DNA from: a virus
Taxonomy: Duplodnaviria; Caudoviricetes
DNA: 53,048 nt
IMG/VR virus record: IMGVR_UViG_3300030090_003345
Coordinates: 1-53,048 of that record
Reading direction: 5' to 3' (one strand)
The first letter of the stretch is position 1, and each line of letters begins with the position of its first letter. Below are positions 46,854 to 53,048 of this stretch, piece after piece. The notes under the pieces are model-generated. The model saw only the letters and a list, made by a program, of their open reading frames with translations, did not search any database and had not been told where the DNA came from. The position numbers and the translations under genes were made by a program.

Positions 46854-48548
46854 TTAATATCCGAAAGTTGCATCTTGAGGTTGAAAGGTGCTGTTTTTTA
46901 TATCCCGAAGAGATTTATGAATGCTGACGTATCCAGTTGTTCTTGTCATGAGCATATAACGCAATGCATCATACGCGTGGTCTTCAGCTTTCGTGTCTAC
47001 ATCTTCACTGTTTGTTTTAGAGAGGGGTATACCAGCTAATTGTTTTATTATGTTAGTGCATGTACTAAAGAACTTTACTGTTGGTTCTTTTGTAAATTCG
47101 TTGTCTCCAAGACGACGATGTATTTCCATTTTGCCAGCAATACGACTACGATCAGACGGAATCCACCTACACCCACAACGAATCATAGTTTCGGCAATAG
47201 AAGGTCCATAGCCTGTTTTATTCCAGCATGATGAATCTAAAACAGTGTAATGAGGTTTAGGATCATACTGTTCTAATTCTAATATTTTAACGGCGAGTTG
47301 CTCCGCTGTAAAGTGCTTTACATAAAGCTCTCTATACACCCATATGTTGTTGTCCCAGTCGATTGCACCCCAGAGTACGCACGAAGGGCTTGCATAGCCG
47401 TAGTCTGCCGCTCTGATACGCGGCCAGTTGGTGGGCAACTCAAATGGATCAGCCACATGTTTGATTTTGTTAAATTCAGGAAAGGCACATCCTTCTGCCA
47501 CATCCCAATCGCCATCAAGTAATCTTTTTCTTTCGACTTCTGGGAGAGAAAGGAGCATTGCCTCATACTGTCCATCTGCCATGAGATATGGGTTGTCGGT
47601 AAGTCGTGCGGGTACGAATTTTCTCCAGTATAAAGGTTGACCGTGCTTGCTGTGACCCTCTGGGTATATAAGTGGCTTTTCAGATTCAATATCGCTGGGG
47701 ACGAAGCGAATGCCGGGTTCACCTTGGTCGATGTACATCTTCTTGACCCACCAGCCGCCAACGCCTCCGGGGTTAGCTGTACAGCGCATAGAGAGATTTG
47801 CGGAGAGTTCAGAGTCCGTGCTCCGTAAACGTGACCGTAGATATTCCCATACGTAGGGGGTGGGATACTGTGTAATTTCATCGATGGCTATCCAATTGAA
47901 GGCTTGTCCCTGATATCGGGTAACGTCTTTGTCTTTGTCAAGATAACTAAACCAGATAGTGGCCCCCGACGGGAAATGCCATGTGGATTTAGACTCTCTA
48001 AAGGAGGCACCGGGAAACGCCTTGGGATAAAGTTGTTTAGATTTGGAGATGAGTTCAGTCAATTCATCCAGAGTGCGACGGAGTAATAAACCACGATGAT
48101 TAGGATTATGGCAATAACGGAGAGGATCTGCCAAGAGAGCAAAACTCTTTCCTCCACCAGCCGCACCGCCGTATAATACATCTTGTTCAGGTGCTGACAG
48201 AAAGTCTTCTTGTGGTCCATCATTCGGTTTGAATACAACTTCAGATTCTCCCACAAGCTTTTTAACTGCGTCTGGTAAGGCATTTAAGTCTCCTACATCA
48301 ATTACTCGTGAATTTTTACCTTGTAGTGCTGTTTCTACTTTTTTAGCGGCACTCTCTCTTTTTTTAACTCTTTGTATTTGTTTATCAGCCGCCGCTCGTT
48401 TCTTTTCGGCTTCTTTCTTAGAACGGCGTATACTCGCCTGTGTGGCTCTCCGGGCTTTTTCGGCTGTGGAGAGGTTATAACGAGCTTTAGGCGCGTCAGG
48501 GTCCTTTCTAGGCCGTCCACGGGGACGTTTTAGGGCTTCACTGCTCAT
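46854..48548 (-). CDS. terL: Terminase large subunit
   Basis: Walker A YGGAAGGGKS, Walker B IAIDE, TANPGG, nuclease ADYG and DHAYDALRY. Confidence 0.95.
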   Translation of the reverse strand: MSSEALKRPRGRPRKDPDAPKARYNLSTAEKARRATQASIRRSKKEAEKKRAAADKQIQRVKKRESAAKKVETALQGKNSRVIDVGDLNALPDAVKKLVGESEVVFKPNDGPQEDFLSAPEQDVLYGGAAGGGKSFALLADPLRYCHNPNHRGLLLRRTLDELTELISKSKQLYPKAFPGASFRESKSTWHFPSGATIWFSYLDKDKDVTRYQGQAFNWIAIDEITQYPTPYVWEYLRSRLRSTDSELSANLSMRCTANPGGVGGWWVKKMYIDQGEPGIRFVPSDIESEKPLIYPEGHSKHGQPLYWRKFVPARLTDNPYLMADGQYEAMLLSLPEVERKRLLDGDWDVAEGCAFPEFNKIKHVADPFELPTNWPRIRAADYGYASPSCVLWGAIDWDNNIWVYRELYVKHFTAEQLAVKILELEQYDPKPHYTVLDSSCWNKTGYGPSIAETMIRCGCRWIPSDRSRIAGKMEIHRRLGDNEFTKEPTVKFFSTCTNIIKQLAGIPLSKTNSEDVDTKAEDHAYDALRYMLMTRTTGYVSIHKSLRDIKNSTFQPQDATFGY

Positions 48549-48942
48549 CTACAACGATTTCTTGCTTGGAGGGAAGTAGGACGACTCCGTGAACAGCCTG
48601 TATATTGACATTATGAGTTTCTTGCTTACCTAAACCCACACGATTTAACAGAGATTCAGCGGCTTGAAGGCGAATATTGTCGCCACGTTCTATTTCTGGA
48701 GCATCTATAGTAGAAATTAGCTTATTTACTGCTTTTACAGCCCCTCCTGCAAGCACACTGCGGGATCTTTCTATAATTTCAGTAGCTAAACTCTCTTTTA
48801 AGTGCCCTATGGAGCCTGAAGAGTACCCCGCCACCTCACAAGCACGGCTAAAATTACCCCCGTTATCAAAAAGAGCATCTAAAAAAATTTTTTGCTGTTC
48901 ATTTAGCTCTCTTTTACGAGTTTGCTGGGGTAATAAATTCAT
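48538..48942 (-). CDS. terS: Terminase small subunit, putative
   Basis: LNEQQKIFL...ACEVAGYS HTH; AAESLLNRVG; directly upstream of terL. Confidence 0.75.
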   Translation of the reverse strand: MNLLPQQTRKRELNEQQKIFLDALFDNGGNFSRACEVAGYSSGSIGHLKESLATEIIERSRSVLAGGAVKAVNKLISTIDAPEIERGDNIRLQAAESLLNRVGLGKQETHNVNIQAVHGVVLLPSKQEIVVDEQ

Positions 48943-49031
48943 ATTTTCTCCGAAAAACGTACAAAACGCAGTGGTGTAAAGACTTTATTACTGCAATGTC
49001 GATTCTCTTTACCGCTGGATTGCACAAATAC

Positions 49032-49061
49032 ATTATGGTAGCTAACTTTTAATTTTGTCAA
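49032..49061 (-). promoter_or_regulatory. Putative sigma70 promoter of the late block
   Basis: TTGACA-18-CATAAT, about 90 nt upstream of terS. Confidence 0.7.
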
Positions 49062-49076
49062 CTAAGATAAAAACAC

Positions 49077-49105
49077 TTGACGTAATTTAAATACGACACT
49101 ACACT
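49077..49105 (+). promoter_or_regulatory. Putative sigma70 promoter, divergent from the late promoter
   Basis: TTGACG-17-TACACT. Confidence 0.7.
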
Positions 49106-49111
49106 GGGTTT

Positions 49112-49188
49112 GTAAGCCCACGGGGGTATACCCCCAAGCTTATCCCGCCGCATACGCCCGCAGGTATCCCCTACTTGCGGGTTTTTTT
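49112..49188 (+). ncRNA. Candidate small RNA of about 77 nt
   Basis: Bounded by the promoter above and a terminator; has a 5' hairpin and no ATG. Confidence 0.55.
49157..49188 (+). terminator. Intrinsic terminator of the candidate sRNA
   Basis: CCCGCAGGTA-TCCCC-TACTTGCGGG-TTTTTTT. Confidence 0.8.
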
Positions 49189-49583
49189 ATGCCCGTTGAA
49201 TACCTACGGGGAGCCGGGAGTGTCCAATATTTGTACAACAACCTAAAAATAAAAAAAATACCGCCAGTTTGCATGTACATGTAGGGGTACCCCCAGTGGC
49301 CCTTGCCTACCGTAACCCACTGTTTTTATTATAATTCTTGTTTTGACTTACTGTAAATACCCTCATTGATGGAATCAAAAGTAAACCTGCAGTTTTCCCG
49401 CCAGTTCAAGCAAGACCATACGCACACCTGCGCGTATGCCCTACTTGCGCACCGTATTTACCCTTGATGACAAAAGTGACAACCAAAAACCTACCTTTTT
49501 CTTTCCCTTTAGATAGACCCCACTGGACACCCAGAAAAACCCGAAAGCTTTACCGGTCAACGCCTTAGGTATTTTTCTAGGAC

Positions 49584-49609
49584 AAAAAAAGGCCCCCGTA
49601 GTGGGGGCC
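49584..49609 (-). terminator. Intrinsic terminator of the early block
   Basis: Minus strand reads GGCCCCC-ACTAC-GGGGGCC-TTTTTTT. Confidence 0.85.
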
Positions 49610-49669
49610 AAAAAGCCGGCGGGATAATCTGAGATTGGAGAAACTCAGCACCGGCTTGAGGGAATGGGG

Positions 49670-49879
49670 TTACTCTGTTCGGATGGACAGATAGAGGTCG
49701 GAAGCATCAGACAGCAGTTTGTCCAGTTCCTTCATGAATGCTTGGTCAGCATCAGATAAGTAAATCTTACGCTCTATACCGGACCCCTCAACCTTACCGG
49801 CATAAGCATTACTAGACACAATTGAGCGCAGACGATTTATCTGGTCAGGCGTGAAACTCAGTGATTTTTTCATACGCAT
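49670..49879 (-). CDS. Hypothetical early protein
   Basis: 69 aa; GGGAG SD. Confidence 0.7.
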   Translation of the reverse strand: MRMKKSLSFTPDQINRLRSIVSSNAYAGKVEGSGIERKIYLSDADQAFMKELDKLLSDASDLYLSIRTE

Positions 49880-49884
49880 TGGAT

Positions 49885-50361
49885 TTAGCTCCCGTTTGAT
49901 ATTTTCTTGAGTGCGTTATGCACATCTGCAGAATACACAAAGCTTTCCAAATGTACAAGCTCTATCCCACGGTAGTGCCGTTCCAACATACGACAGACCT
50001 TGTCGATGTTCTGGTGATGTAGAGCAACCCGCTTAGGTCTGCCGGCCAAACGATACACCAGTGGAACATGGAAACGACTCCGTAGGTGCAAGATATACTG
50101 ATAGGCAGTAGATCGGGTGACACCTAAGCACAAAGCAATATGCTCTACCGACAAAGGTACGTCCGACTTGTGCAAGAGGTCCAAGATTTTGAAGTGGGTT
50201 TTCCCCCACTGGTTCACCGCCTTAGGTGCAGAAAGCTCCAAAGCTTTGACATCATCCGCTAGGCCCGCCAGTGTCGAAACGATGGAGACTCTAGCGACTC
50301 CTTCCAACTTAGAGGCCAAAGCTGACAACTCGTCAGCGATACGCTTTTGTTCTATGTTCAT
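49885..50361 (-). CDS. Putative winged-HTH DNA-binding protein
   Basis: Start moved to ATG 50361; KILDLL...LSVEHIALCLGVTRSTAYQYILHL. Confidence 0.7.
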   Translation of the reverse strand: MNIEQKRIADELSALASKLEGVARVSIVSTLAGLADDVKALELSAPKAVNQWGKTHFKILDLLHKSDVPLSVEHIALCLGVTRSTAYQYILHLRSRFHVPLVYRLAGRPKRVALHHQNIDKVCRMLERHYRGIELVHLESFVYSADVHNALKKISNGS

Positions 50362-50366
50362 GACAA

Positions 50367-50462
50367 TTAACTCCCAAAAATAGCGATTAATATGATGTAA
50401 CAAACTAAGATACCCAAACCAACGCATCCTAGTCGTACGATCAATCCGAATAGTTCCAACAT
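50367..50462 (-). CDS. 31-aa single-TM peptide (not in ORF track)
   Basis: MLELFGLIVRLGCVGLGILVCYIILIAIFGS*; GGAGG SD; TGATG overlap. Confidence 0.7.
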   Translation of the reverse strand: MLELFGLIVRLGCVGLGILVCYIILIAIFGS

Positions 50463-51484
50463 CAAGCGGCCTCCAGTGCCAACCACTGAGGAGACTCCAA
50501 CACAGCACGAACGTCAGCATTACGCTTGAACTGGACGCGATGTTGTTGGGCGTTACCCCGACTGGTTTGAAGCTCGGTAGTAGTGCCGTCATCGTTCTGA
50601 CGTTCCCACGTTGTATCAGTGTGAGTCGCCCAGTGTGTCAAGGCGTTATAACCCGCCCACAGAGTACGGCCAAGCTCCCTTTGCTCTTCATTAAAACGAT
50701 ACGTCAAGTAGTCCAAGAGTCGCCCATTGACTCGGGTAGTATTGTCACTGGATAACTTACGGCCTTCGCCTGTCAGCCGGCAAACTGTGTTCTCTAGGAT
50801 CTCAGTCCATTGGCTAGGGTGCAGTTCGATGGTCATCCATTCGTCCATTTTTTCCCGGTGGTTCATAAACATGTCAAGCCCTAGGTTAGCTTTAGCAATC
50901 ATCGCACTAGGAGACAGACTGGCTGTGTGCTTGCGTTTTTGGTGGTACGCCTTCTGACCCCCGAACACCATCGTATTACGGCAGTAATCCCGATAAGCCC
51001 CAGAGAACACCTGAAACGCCCACGACATGTCGACGCTGTTAACGATGTCGGCTCTAGCCGTGATGCCATCACCTTTGCCGTCGATATCAAACGTCAGGTC
51101 GTTGAAGTAAACAGCGCGGGAAGCTTTGCGGCCTCCCTCGTACAGCCGATCTACTACCGTCAGGTTTCCAGTGGGCAAGCTCGCATTATCCACGATGGTA
51201 TTACCTTGGTGACGAAATACCTCACCGTGGTCGACTAGCTTGTACGTCTTAGCGACTGGCGGAGAGTCCAACACCTCACCGCTAACGGTATTGCGTAAAG
51301 CAAAGAAACCATCAAACGGCTTGTGAGTAAAACCGCCAGAGGTCGGCGTTTTTGTGTATAGGGGAATCTTGCTGATTTGCCCTCGCTCTGCGAACAAGTC
51401 AATACTGGTCACGTCATCGTGCACCATCTCAAGACCATTGGGTATTTCACGGATCACCCCGTCCGGTATGAATTGACTCGACAT
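50462..51484 (-). CDS. DUF932-like protein
   Basis: YKLVDH; NSVDMSWAFQVFSGAYRDYCRN; TLWAGYNALT.WATH; start moved to ATG 51484. Confidence 0.75.
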   Translation of the reverse strand: MSSQFIPDGVIREIPNGLEMVHDDVTSIDLFAERGQISKIPLYTKTPTSGGFTHKPFDGFFALRNTVSGEVLDSPPVAKTYKLVDHGEVFRHQGNTIVDNASLPTGNLTVVDRLYEGGRKASRAVYFNDLTFDIDGKGDGITARADIVNSVDMSWAFQVFSGAYRDYCRNTMVFGGQKAYHQKRKHTASLSPSAMIAKANLGLDMFMNHREKMDEWMTIELHPSQWTEILENTVCRLTGEGRKLSSDNTTRVNGRLLDYLTYRFNEEQRELGRTLWAGYNALTHWATHTDTTWERQNDDGTTTELQTSRGNAQQHRVQFKRNADVRAVLESPQWLALEAA

Positions 51485-51485
51485 T

Positions 51486-51887
51486 TCAGTTACCCCCCTG
51501 CACAGATTTAGAAACCCCATCACGCCAGTCTGTCACGGTCGTCTCAGTATTTAGAAAATCGTCGGTGGTTTTGTCGTACCCCGTCTCTAGGTTTTCGGTG
51601 TAGGTCCCATCAAAATACTTAATGGTAGGCTCTACGCCATAGGAAAGAACGGTCGCCCAAGCACTGGTGCAGTCAACGGCAACGGTCAATTCAGTACCGA
51701 TATTCCATTCGACAGACCCGATGCGCTGACCTCCCATATGTCCAGACTTTCGGTCACTCATTCGCAACTTAATGATCTGAACAGGTAAGCCGTAGGCGTC
51801 CTTTTTCAGTAAGAGAAACGTACCGGCATCGCCAGCAGTCCAAGTAAACTCCGATATTAGAGTCCCCTCAATCGTTTGCATATCCAT
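51486..51887 (-). CDS. Hypothetical early protein
   Basis: 133 aa; AGGAG SD. Confidence 0.7.
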   Translation of the reverse strand: MDMQTIEGTLISEFTWTAGDAGTFLLLKKDAYGLPVQIIKLRMSDRKSGHMGGQRIGSVEWNIGTELTVAVDCTSAWATVLSYGVEPTIKYFDGTYTENLETGYDKTTDDFLNTETTVTDWRDGVSKSVQGGN

Positions 51888-51908
51888 TAGATAAGCTCCT
51901 GTTTAAAT

Positions 51909-51945
51909 CCAACCACACCATGCGGTTGGTCTCTTGACTATAGCA
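51909..51945 (-). promoter_or_regulatory. Extended -10 element followed by a 5' stem-loop
   Basis: TGC-TATAGT then CCAACCGCA-TGG-TGTGGTTGG. Confidence 0.45.
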
Positions 51946-51966
51946 CAGAAAACAAAGGTACATAAC

Positions 51967-52122
51967 CTAAATTAACAGTAGATAGACAACAAAAAGCAAA
52001 GTAAGAGCAAAGGCAAGTGACGAAAATCGCGCCTTGCGCTGATTAGTCGATTCAAAAACAATCTTTTGTTTAGATTCCCTTTTAGTAAGACGCTGTAAAG
52101 TTGGGGGATGGTAAATTTTCAT
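51967..52122 (-). CDS. Small basic protein with C-terminal TM segment
   Basis: GGAG SD before ATG 52122; hydrophobic C-terminus. Confidence 0.55.
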   Translation of the reverse strand: MKIYHPPTLQRLTKRESKQKIVFESTNQRKARFSSLAFALTLLFVVYLLLI

Positions 52123-52175
52123 CTTGAAAACTCCAAAGTTGTTGGATGGTAAATTCAAAAAGCAAAAACTAGAGG

Positions 52176-52835
52176 TCAATGCGTTTTGAAAATGATGTTC
52201 TTGTCAGGTGCGTCCCAACAAAGAGCGCAAGTTGTGCAAGCTTGTGTTTTGCCTTCCTGTTCTGGACACACAATACCGTCACTAGTTAGCTCCTCACTGT
52301 TGGCACTAAACGTCCCGCAAGTATCAGACCATCGTACAGCCCATCGTTCCGGGAAATGAAAACGTGTAAGCATTAGCTCGTTGTGTATCGGTCCCTCCTC
52401 TACGTGCGTATAACCCCACACATAGAGATTTTGGTGTAATACCAAAAGTCTACGCCAGAGTCGCACATACTCTGCACTATAGAAATCCCCTAGAACATGT
52501 AAGCGCACCAAGACTAAACGGCCTTTGTTTTTGGCCTTGGTACAAATTTCTTTTACCTCCTTAATCAATCGCGCTTCTAGTTTCTCGCCATGCTCAATAC
52601 GATGGGCGAACGGCATATTGTTACCGTAGCAATCATCCCAGTGGTGGCAAGAGGTCGGGCATGTTTCTCGTTCAGTTAGCGTGAGGGTATACACCTCCGC
52701 ACCTTTCAACTTACCTTTTTTTACGTGCCTCCCTGCACCTCCTATTTTCGCGCTCGATGGCTTCTTTAAGACGGAGTGCAAGTATCCCGTCAAGCTTTTT
52801 TTGCTTTTTTGGTAGCGTGTTGTGGTTAAGTTCAT
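52176..52835 (-). CDS. Gp88-like Cys-rich protein
   Basis: TCPTSC...CY; RLHVLGDFYS; WGYT; CP...C..C..CW. Confidence 0.75.
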   Translation of the reverse strand: MNLTTTRYQKSKKSLTGYLHSVLKKPSSAKIGGAGRHVKKGKLKGAEVYTLTLTERETCPTSCHHWDDCYGNNMPFAHRIEHGEKLEARLIKEVKEICTKAKNKGRLVLVRLHVLGDFYSAEYVRLWRRLLVLHQNLYVWGYTHVEEGPIHNELMLTRFHFPERWAVRWSDTCGTFSANSEELTSDGIVCPEQEGKTQACTTCALCWDAPDKNIIFKTH

Positions 52836-52953
52836 CTTGAATTCTCCCTAAATTTATTTGCTCTTGTACTGTCGATAAATAACTGTGTGTGTCTTCGTCG
52901 TTTGCTCTCCAGTCTGCTAAAGCTTCTGGATGGCAAATTGTTTTTGGTTTCAT
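52711..52953 (-). CDS. Hypothetical early protein
   Basis: AGGAG SD; C-terminal half overlaps the gp88-like gene. Confidence 0.5.
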   Translation of the reverse strand: MKPKTICHPEALADWRANDEDTHSYLSTVQEQINLGRIQDELNHNTLPKKQKKLDGILALRLKEAIERENRRCREARKKR

Positions 52954-53048
52954 TGTTGCTCCTAATCAGTTTGGTCAATGCAAATAATAACATATTCGCT
53001 AAACAACGATTTTACCTGTTCAACAGAATCTGCAATTACATAAATGGA
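52949..53048 (+). repeat. Terminal direct repeat, right copy
   Basis: Matches 1-100 with one mismatch. Confidence 0.95.

Noticed and set aside
48943-49669. tRNA gene or attP core in the large intergenic region
   Set aside because: No cloverleaf or T-loop consensus found; attP cannot be identified without a host sequence.
50362-50592. N-terminal extension of the 49885-50592 ORF
   Set aside because: Overlaps the DUF932-like gene and the 31-aa peptide; ATG 50361 has a GGGAG SD.
52949-53048. 100-nt end repeat as a biological terminal repeat
   Set aside because: Round length, cuts through a small ORF and has a mismatch at the very end; this fits an assembly overlap better.

Overview
This window is an essentially complete dsDNA tailed-phage genome of about 52.9 kb: the first 100 nt recur at the end. 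The architecture is podovirus-like and matches marine HMO-2011-type phages, diagnosed by a family A DNA polymerase with a DnaJ-like double CxxCxGxG zinc finger and no recognisable RNA polymerase. There are three blocks. Early genes lie on the minus strand (1456 to 14, wrapping to 52953 to 49670). A plus-strand replication and nucleotide block (1739-14326) holds primase, helicase, split PolA, an SSB-like protein, a Cas4-like nuclease, endonuclease I, nrdA and nrdB. A minus-strand late block (48942 to 14368) holds TerS, TerL, a recombinase-fold protein, portal, scaffold, capsid, lysozyme, tail genes, a holin-like gene and large internal proteins. The most notable observations are: (1) a 40-aa His/Glu/Cys-rich Hpn-like microprotein missed by the ORF track; (2) a type-1 copper cupredoxin motif inserted in the tail fibre; (3) PolA naturally split into two genes; (4) a promoter-to-terminator candidate sRNA plus recurring motifs in the 730-bp non-coding region; (5) tandem covarying hairpins ahead of the scaffold gene; (6) a degenerate tyrosine recombinase between terL and portal; (7) a head-module protein with a toxin-like C-terminal domain; and (8) a gene overprinted on the end of the portal gene. 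All calls come from motifs and synteny read by eye; no searches were run.
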